Translations under genes and position numbers: made by a program
In this document: positions 39,350 through 50,056 of the stretch, piece by piece
Position numbering within the stretch: the first letter of the stretch is position 1
Layout of the letters: each line of letters starts with the position of its first letter
Notes under the pieces: generated by a model
Told to the model about the DNA's origin: nothing
Seen by the model: the letters and a program-made list of their open reading frames with translations, nothing else
Databases searched by the model: none
Assembly: GCA_965218095.1 (NCBI GenBank)
Contig: OZ244587.1
Span: 1,760,001 to 1,824,000 of the forward strand
Source: Candidatus Poribacteria bacterium
Lineage (GTDB): Bacteria > Poribacteria > WGA-4E > PCPOR2b
Reading direction: 5' to 3'
Length of the DNA: 64,000 bases

Positions 39350-40061
39350 GGTGCAGTCTAATCACATTGGTCGCGTGGGGCATTACACCGAAATGGCCGC
39401 GGACGAAGGCATGATCTCGATGATTTGTCTTGGTGGACAGGGGGTCAAGAATCCCACGGCGGTGCCATTCGGTGGGCGTGAGCCTGTGATGCATACCAAT
39501 CCAATTGCCATGGGTTTCCCCGGTGGCAAGGGGCCACCGATGTGCTTCGATTTCGCAACGACCGCGGTGGCCGGCGTCAAGGTCGTCAATGCGCATCGGC
39601 GTGGACAAGAACTACCGTCCGGCTGCATTGTCGACAAGGATGGTGTTCCCACGACGAATCCCAACGATTTCTTTGACGGAGGCGGGCACCTCGCTTTTGG
39701 TGGGCACAAGGGGTACGCTTTGATGATAGCGGTCGAGTACTTGGGGCGTATCTTCGTTGGATCGGACGCTTTCATCGATCAGAACCGCGGGGGAATGTAT
39801 GACCGGTATGCCGGTACCTTCATGATGGTTTTCAAAGCTGACATGTTCCAGCCCTTTGCCGATTTTGCCCGCACCGCTGACGAGATAGGACAGCACGTAC
39901 GGGTGGTCCCCCCGGTGCCGGGATTCAAAGCGGTACTGGTGCCAGGCGATTTGGAAGTGCAGGCGCGAGAAGTTCGCGAGCGCGATGGCATCCCCATTGA
40001 GGATGATATCTGGGAGACGATCGTCGAAGCAGCAAACACTGTTGGCATCAAGAGCATCTAA
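39350..40061 (+). pseudogene. Ldh_2-family (malate/L-lactate) dehydrogenase, N-terminally truncated
   Basis: NHIGRVGHY, PFGG...TNPIA, DFATT, FGGHKGYAL. Confidence 0.85.
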
Positions 40062-40097
40062 CTTCAACTAGGAAAGATTCATCAGGAGGATGGACCA

Positions 40098-40954
40098 ATG
40101 GAATTGACAGATGAAGAACGTTTTAACCTAGAATGCAGAACATACAACTGCGAGCCCACGCTGACGGACAATTAGGTTCTGGAATTCTGCAAGCAGGGCT
40201 TTCTTGTGTTGAAGAAAGTCGTTCCGGACGAGATCAATCGCAGAACCTCTGCATATCTCGACGCGAATACCTATTACGAACCGGCCGAAATCCTCAAAGA
40301 GGACTGGTTCGTTGACAGCGTGATTCTTAACCCGCACGCGGTGGGTGCAGTTCGATCGTTGCTTGGTAAAAATTTGGCTTGCCGATTATGATGAGTCAAC
40401 ATCGGGTCAAGTGTCCGATGTCGGCGCAGAACTGGCATCGGGACACCGGTTCAAAATTCGGTCCCGAACTGAATTACCTGCAGGTATTCTACTATCCGCA
40501 GGACACGCCAGAGGAATTCGGACCAACGGAGGTGCTGCCCGGTTCACATCTTTTCGACTGGTCCGCGCGTTATATGGGGCACTACGGGGGCATTCGTGGT
40601 ACGGTCAAAACAACCGTACTCGCCGGATCAATCTTCATCACGGTCTATTCGATCTGGCACCGTCGCTCGGTTTCCACGGCGGATGGGATGCGCCATATGC
40701 TAAAATACAACTACTGGCGAACCGTCCCGCCAGAGCAGGATTGGATAATTGAGCCGGACTTTGACTTCGACTCTGCGGATTATGGCGACAACCGATTCCA
40801 AAGCGCAGAGATGTTCTACTGGCTCTGTGGCAAGGCGGACGAGTTTCGCTGGATAGGGGGGCAGGCGTGGCCATTGCGTTATCAACTACAAGCCTTACGG
40901 GGCGCCATCTGCGCCGCCGGGACGCTAGTAAGTACATCGAAGTTAGGGAATTAA
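40098..40954 (+). pseudogene. PhyH-family dioxygenase with a TAG at 40173 and frameshifts
   Basis: LTDN*VLEFCKQGFLVL; frameshift near 40375; WHRD, LPGSH, IWHRR. Confidence 0.85.
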
Positions 40955-41116
40955 GATGTGAGGAGTGACAAGTGAGGAGATTAAGGCTCACTTGTCACTC
41001 CTCACCCGTTATTTCTCACTTCTGGTAACTCACATCCGATCGGGCATGAAATATGAAAATAGTTATGTCCAACTACTTATAACAATCACCCATTGCAGCA
41101 AGGAGAATATCAATCC

Positions 41117-41917
41117 ATGAACGACGACGAAAAATACCTATTCGATCTCAACGGTTATCTCGTGATTGAGGACGTACTGACGCCTGACGAGGTTGCCTTC
41201 GCAAACGAAGCCATTGACCGCCATTGGGACCAGGGGCGCATCCGGCCCCGTGAGCAGGCCCTGGACGGAGGCTCTCCTGCGCTCAGAGGTGAAAAAGGCC
41301 GCGGCGAGTTAGGCGGGATGCTCAATTGGGAAGAACCGTGGTGCAACCCGTTCCGGGAAATGCTGGTTCACCCACGAATTGTCCCTTATCTCAACGAAAT
41401 TCTTGGCAAAGGTTTTCGGATGGATCACCAAATGTCTCTGCTTTCGATGGATAAGAGGGCAGAGGGCTTTATCTTCCATGGTTCTTCGGGGCCCGGTTTT
41501 GATCCAAACCAATACTACATCTTCCGGGACGGCCGGATGCATTGTGGACTGACAGTCGTGGCGTTCCAACTCACCGATGTGAATCCAGGCGATGGTGGAT
41601 TGATCGTCATCCCTGGCAGCCACAAAAGTAACTTTCCCTGTCCCCAAAAAATGCGACGGTATGAAAAATATCAAGAGCATGTTCGGCAGGTTGTGTGCAA
41701 CGCTGGCGGTGTCATCATCTTCACGGAGGCGGCGACGCATGGGACGCTGCCGTGGACAGCAGAACACCCACGTCGGTCGGTGCTGACGCGTTATACGGCG
41801 GGGAACCTTGCGTATGTTTCTGCCTATCCCATTCCCGAATGGGCGAATGAGAGGCAGCGGGCGGTCATGGAGCCACCATATCATACGCGGCTGAATCGGC
41901 CTGTGTTGGAGAAGTAG
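41117..41917 (+). CDS. PhyH-family Fe/2OG enzyme with HxS in place of HxD
   Basis: FDLNGYLVIEDVL, FHGSSG, IPGSHK, THGTLPW. Confidence 0.88.
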   Translation: MNDDEKYLFDLNGYLVIEDVLTPDEVAFANEAIDRHWDQGRIRPREQALDGGSPALRGEKGRGELGGMLNWEEPWCNPFREMLVHPRIVPYLNEILGKGFRMDHQMSLLSMDKRAEGFIFHGSSGPGFDPNQYYIFRDGRMHCGLTVVAFQLTDVNPGDGGLIVIPGSHKSNFPCPQKMRRYEKYQEHVRQVVCNAGGVIIFTEAATHGTLPWTAEHPRRSVLTRYTAGNLAYVSAYPIPEWANERQRAVMEPPYHTRLNRPVLEK

Positions 41918-41964
41918 CAGATAAGAAACCGAGTTTTTCGGAAAAACTTGGTTTCTTATCTGCT
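41916..41964. repeat. Long near-perfect hairpin (REP-like or terminator)
   Basis: agcagataagaaaccgagtttttc / gaaaaacttggtttcttatctgct. Confidence 0.75.
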
Positions 41965-42314
41965 CAGTATGAATAAGTGGTCTACTTTTTAAATAGATAT
42001 AGGGTTTGATCCCGGACCTGCCAGGTTTCAAAAACCTGTACGGCGGCATGCCTCGACTGATCTTCATCTCTCATCGCACCGGATCGCCGCGGATCTTTGT
42101 CGAAGAGCACGCTTCTGGCTCGCTCATCCGATTGACAGGTCGCTCAAACCTCAGCGAATAGTCAGTTTATCCCTCACACAATGGACAGTCTGTTTTCTTC
42201 TCGACACACAGGCTGAACAACGCGTAACCTCCTTCAACACCTGGCACGCAATGACTGTCAACCTTTACGCATTACGCATTATGTTTCACGCATTACGCAT
42301 AAGGATAATCACGA

Positions 42315-44057
42315 ATGAACCTATATCTCCGCTTACTGAGCTACCTTAAACCGTACTGGAAAAGCACGACCGTCTCGCTGATAGCGATGCTGGTTGTGTC
42401 CGCAGGCAATCTTGCCCCGACATGGATTGGGGGCAGGATTGTCATTGACCAGGTGATCATGCAGCAGAATGTCAGCCGATTGCATTGGATCGCGCTGCTG
42501 CTGCTCGGCATCTATCTGGCGAAGAGCATTGGGGTAATGTTGGCGGAATGGCTGTCCCACGAAATCGCCGAGAAAATTATCTATGATATGCGGACGCAGA
42601 TTTACAGCCACCTGCAGAAACTCTCGTTCCGCTTTCACAAGGACAACACCACCGGCGATCTGATGTCGCGTGTGGTGAACGACATTGATGCGATGCGGGA
42701 TATGCTCGCGCACACCGCACACATGATCACTGTACAAATGTTGACCTTTATCGGCATCGCGATCTTGCTGTCCGTCATGAACTGGAAAATGGCCATCCTG
42801 ACACTTTTCCCACTCCTGATCTTGGGGCCGCTCATTGTCCGCTTCGGCATAAAACTGCGGTGCATCTCCCGCGATGTTCGCGCCGAGCTTGCAGATGTCA
42901 ATGCCCGTTTGCAGGATAACCTCTCCGGAATCTTCGAGATCCAAGCCTTTGCCCGTGAACCTTACGAAGAGACGCGGTTCACCGCCGACTGTGCCGATTA
43001 CCGCAACGCAATCATCCAAGGCGTGCGCTTGTGGGCGCGGCTGAATCCCACGGTTCAGTTTTTGCTTGGTGTAAGTTGGACAGTGATTCTGTGGTACGGG
43101 GGTTGGCAGATTATCAGCGGTTCGAGCGATATGACCGTCGGACAACTGTTTGTCTTTCTCGGATTTCTGTGGCGGCTGTTCATGCCGATTGAGATGGCGA
43201 GCCATGAGAACGAGCGTTTGCAGAAAGCCCTCGCGGCTGGTGAGCGGATGATGGAATTGTTGGATACAGAGCCAGAGATTAAAGACATCCCAAACGCTTG
43301 GGCTGGGAATGTCACAGGCGAGATTTTGTTTGAAAATGTCTCTTTTAAGTACACGGATGAAGAGGTGCTGACGGACGTAAATTTCAAAATTCGTCCGGGG
43401 GAAACGATTGCTTTCGTGGGTCCCAGCGGCGTCGGAAAAACCACGCTTGTTGGGCTTGTGCCGAGATTCTACGATGTGACCGATGGGCAGGTGGAGGTTG
43501 ATGGTGTCAGTGTACGGAATTGGCAAATTCACGCGCTGCGGGGTCAGATTGGACTCGTGCCACAAGAGACTTTTCTGTTCAACGGAACCGTCGGAGGAAA
43601 CATCGCCTACGGCAAACTGGACGCAACGCAGGCGGAGATCGAGGCCGCAGCAAAAGCCGCCAACATCTACGATTTCATCATGGACCTGCCAGAGCGCTTC
43701 AACACCGTTGTTGGTGAACGTGGCATGCGGCTCTCCGGTGGGCAGAAGCAGCGAATCTCAATTGCGCGAGCCATCCTGAAAGACCCGCCGATCCTCATCC
43801 TCGACGAAGCAACGTCCTCTGTCGATACGGAATTGGAACGGCTGATCCAGCAGAGTTTGATGAATCTGCTGCATGGGCGCACGACGCTGATTATCGCTCA
43901 CCGACTCGCAACCATCAGATTCGCTGATCGAATTGTCGTGTTGGAGGACAATCGAATCGTGGAGCTCGGGACGCATGTCGAACTCATCTCACAGGGTGGG
44001 TTGTACACCCGGCTTTACGAAGCACAATTTGGGGAAAAGCAGTTGTCAATTGCGTGA
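42315..44057 (+). CDS. MsbA-like ABC exporter (fused permease and ATPase)
   Basis: Six TMs; GPSGVGKT, LSGGQKQR, ILDEATS, IAHRL. Confidence 0.95.
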   Translation: MNLYLRLLSYLKPYWKSTTVSLIAMLVVSAGNLAPTWIGGRIVIDQVIMQQNVSRLHWIALLLLGIYLAKSIGVMLAEWLSHEIAEKIIYDMRTQIYSHLQKLSFRFHKDNTTGDLMSRVVNDIDAMRDMLAHTAHMITVQMLTFIGIAILLSVMNWKMAILTLFPLLILGPLIVRFGIKLRCISRDVRAELADVNARLQDNLSGIFEIQAFAREPYEETRFTADCADYRNAIIQGVRLWARLNPTVQFLLGVSWTVILWYGGWQIISGSSDMTVGQLFVFLGFLWRLFMPIEMASHENERLQKALAAGERMMELLDTEPEIKDIPNAWAGNVTGEILFENVSFKYTDEEVLTDVNFKIRPGETIAFVGPSGVGKTTLVGLVPRFYDVTDGQVEVDGVSVRNWQIHALRGQIGLVPQETFLFNGTVGGNIAYGKLDATQAEIEAAAKAANIYDFIMDLPERFNTVVGERGMRLSGGQKQRISIARAILKDPPILILDEATSSVDTELERLIQQSLMNLLHGRTTLIIAHRLATIRFADRIVVLEDNRIVELGTHVELISQGGLYTRLYEAQFGEKQLSIA

Positions 44058-44079
44058 CAACTGAAACGTGAAAATCCGC

Positions 44080-44108
44080 TTGACGCTAGCGCTAAAAAAT
44101 CGTACCAT
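44080..44108 (+). promoter_or_regulatory. Sigma70-type promoter
   Basis: TTGACG-17 nt-TACCAT. Confidence 0.55.
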
Positions 44109-44263
44109 TCTCTAACTGGCATGGATTCAAACAAATTTTTCTTCAAGGTATAAGGACTATGGCTGACAAAAAGAATTCGGGTTCTGCTCCGCAGCCGCAG
44201 ATTCCCTTTGATATGGAGACCCGCGCGAGTGTTACGTATTGACGTAAATAGAGTAAAACTCAG

Positions 44264-44354
44264 GGCTCATGTCAAAAGAAAATGCAAAAGCGTCAGAGAA
44301 GCATCGAAATCACTGATCTGGATCTTTCCCTTGCACGAGTTCTTAGCATGAGCC
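44264..44354 (+). mobile_element. 91 bp MITE
   Basis: Ends GGCTCATG...CATGAGCC; diverged inverted copy of identical length at 54392-54482. Confidence 0.8.
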
Positions 44355-44374
44355 AACTTCAGAAAGGAGTCACG

Positions 44375-44428
44375 ATGTTAAAAGCAGGATTTATCGGTGC
44401 CGGCGGACGAAGTCAAGGCACACACTTC
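44375..44428 (+). pseudogene. N-terminal stub of a Gfo/Idh/MocA oxidoreductase
   Basis: RBS aaggag then MLKAGFIGAGGRSQGTHF, running into a TCATCCTGA-type REP at 44427-44494. Confidence 0.6.
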
Positions 44429-44533
44429 ATCCTGAACGAAGTGAAGAATCTCTTGCACCTTAACAAGGAGATTCTTCGCTGCGCTCTATTAGACTACCAA
44501 GAAACTACCCGCAATGAGTTCAAACACTAAGAA

Positions 44534-44562
44534 TTGACAAAATTAGTGAATTGGTTTATAGT
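44534..44562 (+). promoter_or_regulatory. Sigma70-type promoter
   Basis: TTGACA-17 nt-TATAGT upstream of the aldolase gene. Confidence 0.7.
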
Positions 44563-44625
44563 ATTTTCAGCATGACGCTACCACTTTAGTCTAGGGTAGC
44601 GATTTTATTTAAGGAGAAGATAACA

Positions 44626-45426
44626 ATGATGCGTAATCGAGTGAGGGAAATTTTTAACTCAGACGAACTTTTGCTTGACACAAGGATACACAGTCCATGG
44701 GCAAACGAAATTGATATGATTGGCTGCACAGCTCTCAATACGGTGCAGGTTGTTGCCGAGTATGGCGCCCTTGAAACCTTAGATTTCGAGCACCTCTGCC
44801 GTGCAGCAGAAGCTCAGGGCTTAGGTAAGATTATTAAGATCGACAGCGCTGGCCAACAACTGAGGGTTCAAAGAGCAATTGGCGCCGGATTTGAAGCCGT
44901 GGTCTTCGTTGATGTGCATAACCGCTCCGAGACAGAAGAGTGCGTGCGCATTATTCGTGCCGAAACACCTGAGGATGGTGGATTGAATCCGGTTCGATCA
45001 GTCCGGGCTTTCTATCCCGGTTATGGTGGCACCCAAGCGTATATTGAGGCGCTGAGAGAGATTGTGGTTATCCTCATGATTGAGAAGGCGGAGGCGGTTG
45101 AGAATCTGGAAGCGATCCTTTCAGTTAAAGGCGTTGATGGGATCATCTGGGGGCCCGGGGATTTCTGGCAGAGTAAGGGGGCGCCTGAAAAAAGAGGCAC
45201 TGAAGAGGACCGAGCTATACAGACGGAGGTATACCACAAGGCTCTGAGTGTGGGTGTTGAGCCAATCGTCGAGATTAACGATTTCGAAGAAACTGCGCCG
45301 TGGCTTGATATGGGTATTCGCATGTTTTCTCTGGGAACGACGATTACCATTCTCCATGCCTATTGGCGTAAACATGGAGACGGTCTTCAGGCAATCTATG
45401 CACAACGTCAACAAATAAAAGGCTGA
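44626..45426 (+). CDS. HpcH/HpaI aldolase family protein
   Basis: AEYG, LMIEKAEAVENLEAILSVKGVD...GPGD. Confidence 0.88.
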   Translation: MMRNRVREIFNSDELLLDTRIHSPWANEIDMIGCTALNTVQVVAEYGALETLDFEHLCRAAEAQGLGKIIKIDSAGQQLRVQRAIGAGFEAVVFVDVHNRSETEECVRIIRAETPEDGGLNPVRSVRAFYPGYGGTQAYIEALREIVVILMIEKAEAVENLEAILSVKGVDGIIWGPGDFWQSKGAPEKRGTEEDRAIQTEVYHKALSVGVEPIVEINDFEETAPWLDMGIRMFSLGTTITILHAYWRKHGDGLQAIYAQRQQIKG

Positions 45427-45728
45427 TTAACTCCGGGTTTCGCACAAATTCTTATGACAGTTTTCACCCAAGTGTGCAATTTTACCCAGGTTTGATTTCC
45501 TGTACACCACCTAGTGCTCCACGGCAGAAGTTTTTGAGTTATTTATACTCAGCAGCACTAGCTGTTTTATGACATCGACGCCGCCATGGTGGCCCAGCAC
45601 GTTGATATGGAACGCGCTCTAAAGCAAATACAAAACAACCCGGGTTTAAGGGAACGGACACAATCCGCATCGCATCGGCGAGTGTGCATAAGCGTTAAGA
45701 CAACCCATTAGAAAACCTGGAGGAAACC

Positions 45729-46796
45729 ATGAAAGCAGCAGTATTTTACCAACCCAACGTTCCTGTGTCCGTCGAGGCGCTCGAAATCGAAGCGCCGCGA
45801 ACGGGGGAAGTGGTGCTCGATCTCGTTGGCGCGGGCGTCTGTCACAGTGACTACCACTACGTTGATGGTCACGTAAAGCGCGAGCAAACGCCGTGGGTCA
45901 TGGGACACGAAGGCGCGGGTGTGGTCAGGGAGGTCGGCCGCGGTGTGACCCCTGTGGCGCCCGGCGACAAGGTTATCCTCTCACTCGACGCGATGTGCGG
46001 TTACTGCCGCAACTGCAACAACGGTAGCCCAGCGCTGTGTGAGACGTATCCCGACGTCCCCGTGAGCCGCATGACGAAAAACGGCGAACCAGTCTACCAC
46101 GGCAGACCAACGTTTGTCGAGCAAACCATCGTCCTGGCCGATGCGTGTGTCAAAGTTCCGGATGACACGCCACTGGAAAAGGCTTGCCTTATTAGCTGCG
46201 GGGTCATCACCGGCATCGGTGCGGTCGTCAACCGGGCGAAGGTCGAAGCGGGTGCAACGATGGCTGTGTTCGGCTGCGGGGGCGTGGGGCTGAACGTCAT
46301 CCAGGGCGGTGTCCTCGCCTCGGCTAGCAAAATCATCGCGGTCGATAAAGTCCCGTACAAGCTGGAGTTGGCCGAACAATTTGGTGCGACCCACTTCGTC
46401 AACGCTGCTAAAGAGGATCCGGTGCAACGGATTAAGGAGATAACTAGAGGCGGCGCCGATTATGCCTTCGAAGTTGTTGGATTCCCGGCACTGGTACGGC
46501 AGGTGATCGACTCGGTCCGCACGACCGGAACCGCCGTGATGGTCGGGGTACAGCCATCGGGTAAAGAAGTTTCAGTCGAAGGCTGGCATCTGTTGCAGGA
46601 CCGGACGCTGATGGGCGCCTGGCACGGTGCTGCCCGCGCTCGCGTCGACTTTCTCTGGATTCTCGATCTGTACAACCAGGACAAGATCAAGCTCGACGAG
46701 CTGATCTCGCGCTACCGTCCGTTGGACGAAATCAACGAAGCCTTCGACGATATGAACCAGGGGAAGGTTGCGCGTACGGTGCTTGTGTTCGAATGA
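45729..46796 (+). CDS. Zn-dependent alcohol dehydrogenase (class III-like)
   Basis: GVCHSD, GHEGAG, CGYCRNC...C, GCGGVG. Confidence 0.93.
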   Translation: MKAAVFYQPNVPVSVEALEIEAPRTGEVVLDLVGAGVCHSDYHYVDGHVKREQTPWVMGHEGAGVVREVGRGVTPVAPGDKVILSLDAMCGYCRNCNNGSPALCETYPDVPVSRMTKNGEPVYHGRPTFVEQTIVLADACVKVPDDTPLEKACLISCGVITGIGAVVNRAKVEAGATMAVFGCGGVGLNVIQGGVLASASKIIAVDKVPYKLELAEQFGATHFVNAAKEDPVQRIKEITRGGADYAFEVVGFPALVRQVIDSVRTTGTAVMVGVQPSGKEVSVEGWHLLQDRTLMGAWHGAARARVDFLWILDLYNQDKIKLDELISRYRPLDEINEAFDDMNQGKVARTVLVFE

Positions 46797-46934
46797 AGAT
46801 CTATCTCGGCTTTCTTAAATTACAAATCAAATCGGGTTTAATCCAGTGTTGGTAAGGCTTTAGACTGCATTTCAGTCAAAATTATGACAAAGCCGAGTTA
46901 TTTGCTAACCAGCCTATCTATAAGGAAAAGAAAC

Positions 46935-47792
46935 ATGCTTGATGAACATCATCTTCAGCATCAGATTACTGAAGAACAACTTCAACAACTCAACGGAGAA
47001 GGTTATTTCATTGTCGAAAATGCGCTGCCGGATGACCTTGTGGAGACACTCGAAAGGCGCGTCGATCGCATCCACCAGGAACATTTGGAGTCGGGGTATG
47101 ATCCATACACGAAGTCCGAGATGACGCCACACAAGAACTTCTTTTATCCCAATTTTCTTGGCAGAGACTAGCTTTTCGTCAACCTGCTTGATTGGTATAA
47201 GACCTTCCCGAAGGTTTGGGGCATCCTCGGTTGGAACATCTACTCGTACCATTCTCACTTAATCATCATGCCGCCGCGCCTGCCTGAAGAGCGCAACAAG
47301 CCAAAGCCACTCGGCTGGCATCAAGATAGCGGATATGTCAACGTGGAGACGGAAAGCTCTCCACGCCCCCGCTTATCATTGAAGATTGTCTTCTGGCTTT
47401 CCGATTGCTCAGAGCCGGGACGCGGCAATTTTTACATTATTCCCGGTAGTCACCTCTGGGATACACTCGACCGGCCGAGCGATGGGGCACTGCCCGAAGA
47501 CGCAATGTCTGTCTGTTGTAAGCCCGGCGATGCGGTCTTCTTTGATCGGCGACTCTGGCACGCTCGTAGCGAAAATGACTCCGACATTACTCGGAAGGGG
47601 CTCTTCTATGGGTACGGTTATCGTTGGCTGCGTTCCAAGGATGACATGACCATTCCACAAGAGCTCTTCAAGAATAACGATCCAATCCGGCAGCAATTAC
47701 TTGGTGGCGGCACAGATGCGAACGGACACTTCTCACCAAAAGATGAAGATGTGCCGCTGAAAGTCTGGCTTGAAGAACATGGAATCATCTAG
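46935..47792 (+). pseudogene. PhyH-family dioxygenase with an in-frame TAG at 47169-47171
   Basis: Frame continues FLGRD*LFVNLLDWYKTFPKVWGILGWNI; WHQD, IPGSH, LWHAR. Confidence 0.85.
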
Positions 47793-47884
47793 CGCAATTT
47801 ATACCCTCGTTGAGTATATCGTAAAACGGTAAGAAGTATTATCTCCCTGTCCGGATTACACACAAACACACTCGGGGGAACCGA

Positions 47885-48901
47885 ATGAAAAAAGCAGTCA
47901 TACTCGGAGAACGTCAAGCGGGACTCATTGACGTTCTGGATCCGCAGCCTAAGGAGGACTGGGTTGTCGTCAAGGTGCATGCGGCGCCAATGTGTACCGA
48001 ATACAAAGGCTTTGTATCGGGAGACAAATCAGAGTCTCTCAGACACGAAGCTGTCGGAGAAGTTGTGGCGGTTGCACCGCCGGGGAAGGTCAAGGAAGGG
48101 GATCGGGTCGTTGTGATGCCACAATACCCATGCGGCACATGTCATCTGTGCATCGCCGGCGACTATATCCACTGCGAAAATGCCTGCAATTTTGCAGAAT
48201 TTACCGGCACCCCTGATGGATGGGCGACGATGGCGCAATACCTCCTGAAGCCTTCCTGGCTTCTGCCGAAAATTCCAGATGGGGTTCCATACGAACATGC
48301 TAGTCTCGCTTGCTGCACACTGGGCCCCTCATTTGGTGCTTTTCAGACGATGGGCTTGAGCGTATTCGACACCGTGCTGATTACTGGCATTGGTCCCGTC
48401 GGATTCGGTGCGGTTGTCAACGCGTGTTTTCGTGGCGCGCGGGTTATCGCCGTGGAGTCGATACCGTGGCGTGTGGAGCGGGTGAAGCAGATGGGAGCCG
48501 CTGAAGTCCTGCATCCACGCGATCCGGACATCATCCAGAAGATCAAAGACCTCACGGATGAGATCGGCGTTGACTGTGCGTTGGACTGCTCCGGCGCCGT
48601 GCAAGCAGAACGGCTCTGCATTGATGCGACGCGGCGAAAAGGCAAGGTTGCTTACGTCGGTGAGTGTGGACAGGATTTGGCGATCCGCGTCAGCCCAGAC
48701 CTTATCCGCAAGGGGCTCACCATCATCGGCAACTGGCACTACAACCTCAACGATTTTCCGGGCATCATGAAAGTCATCCAAGAATCGCCGCTGATTGACT
48801 TGCTCATCAGCCACGTTATCCCGATGAGTCAGATTCAGGAAGCGTTTGAGATCTCGTCGTCTCATGAGAGCAGTAAGATAATCTTGAAACCGTGGGAGTG
48901 A
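47885..48901 (+). CDS. Zn-binding dehydrogenase (MDR family)
   Basis: PMCTE, RHE (usually GHE), CGTCHLC...C, GIGPVG. Confidence 0.88.
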   Translation: MKKAVILGERQAGLIDVLDPQPKEDWVVVKVHAAPMCTEYKGFVSGDKSESLRHEAVGEVVAVAPPGKVKEGDRVVVMPQYPCGTCHLCIAGDYIHCENACNFAEFTGTPDGWATMAQYLLKPSWLLPKIPDGVPYEHASLACCTLGPSFGAFQTMGLSVFDTVLITGIGPVGFGAVVNACFRGARVIAVESIPWRVERVKQMGAAEVLHPRDPDIIQKIKDLTDEIGVDCALDCSGAVQAERLCIDATRRKGKVAYVGECGQDLAIRVSPDLIRKGLTIIGNWHYNLNDFPGIMKVIQESPLIDLLISHVIPMSQIQEAFEISSSHESSKIILKPWE

Positions 48902-48930
48902 AACCTTTGAAAGGTTAGGCGCTTTACGTT

Positions 48931-49362
48931 TTATGCACCAACGTTTGCTTGTAGATAATCAACGATGTGTTGACTAAACGTCTCAAAATCGGTAACGCAC
49001 CTTTGTAGGAACTGATAGATTAGCTCATGGTCGACAGTCATATACCGATGAACAATCACGTTTCGTAGCCCCGGCATGCCAGTGAGCTCCTGTGCAAAAT
49101 CTTGAGGCAGGATGCCGTGTCCACCAAGTCCGAGTATTGCAGATCTACTGTCGGGCGGCTGTTCCAGGTCGCCACCGATAAGCAGATGATTTGCAATGTC
49201 AATCACACACTAGATTGCCGTTTGCAGCGCATAACGAATCATCGATTGATAATTGCGATCTGCTACCGCCTCATCATAACTCAACTGCTGGTAAGTACGG
49301 AGATCTTCGGTATATTCCGAAAGCGTTTGTAACAGGTCTTGGACAGTTTGCGGGTCGACTAT
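48931..49362 (-). pseudogene. HepT/DUF86 RNase toxin with an ATA start and an internal TAG at 49210-49212
   Basis: IVDPQ...LQTAI*CVIDIANH...GLRNVIVHRY (Rx4H motif). Confidence 0.85.
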
Positions 49363-49364
49363 AA

Positions 49365-49802
49365 TTAATCGGGCTCGTTTCGGGAGTTTTGGGATTTGGC
49401 TTGCTGTCTTTTGAGGTAGTATTGCCATTGAAGGTCACGCAAAGGTTGGGTATCGACATAACGATTGAACGTGTCAACACAGAATGAGACATACCGCTGA
49501 TGTGGGTCATAGATGACAACGCCGTGACGCACGACTTGAAAAGACAGCAGCGGTGGGGCGTTGTTCAGCAGTGCAACATCGATTGCGTCTCGTTGGAAAA
49601 TGCCAATGAGCTCGGTATTGAGGTCTACCACCCGTTGACTGTATTCCGCTTGAGGAATCTGATCAGATAGCAGAACGGCGATGTCGATATCAGATTCACG
49701 GTTTGTGGTGCCTTTCGCCTGCGATCCAAAAAGGTAGGCGAGGACGACATCGCTTGCATCAAAGAGAGATGTAAACTGTGGCTTGTATCGGTTAATATTC
49801 AC
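49365..49802 (-). CDS. MntA-like minimal nucleotidyltransferase antitoxin
   Basis: AYLFGSQAKG...SDIDIAV...IDVALLNNAPP. Confidence 0.9.
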   Translation of the reverse strand: MNINRYKPQFTSLFDASDVVLAYLFGSQAKGTTNRESDIDIAVLLSDQIPQAEYSQRVVDLNTELIGIFQRDAIDVALLNNAPPLLSFQVVRHGVVIYDPHQRYVSFCVDTFNRYVDTQPLRDLQWQYYLKRQQAKSQNSRNEPD

Positions 49803-50056
49803 AGGGTTATTCCTTAGATTACATTAGAACACGGATTCAGTCGGATTTCGCGGAGGTTGCCCGCGTCGGTGGACAAGATTTGTGAAATCCGACGACATCT
49901 GCGATTCTATAAAGGTATAATAACACATCCGATAGCGAACCGACAAATGAATCAGGCAGTTCGTACACAGTGGATCTGATTGTAAATTTGCACCGTGTCA
50001 CCAACCTTCCGAAGGTTATTTTTACGTTTCACACATCACGTTTCAGGTGCAAACTC

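Noticed and set aside
38658-40062. Further attC core sites around the HNH/Ldh_2 genes (tttagac, atctaac)
   Set aside because: Only isolated 7-mers, with no paired L boxes or matching R' downstream.
4888-43565. Long antisense ORFs (4888-5679, 18098-18889, 36374-37297, 37944-38717, 42333-43565)
   Set aside because: They are shadows of well-supported genes on the opposite strand and have no recognisable motifs.
28352-49212. Stop-codon reassignment or pyrrolysine/selenocysteine readthrough to explain in-frame TAG/TGA
   Set aside because: All three stop types appear internally, intact genes end normally in TAG and TGA, and some of the same genes also carry frameshifts. Nonsense mutation is simpler.
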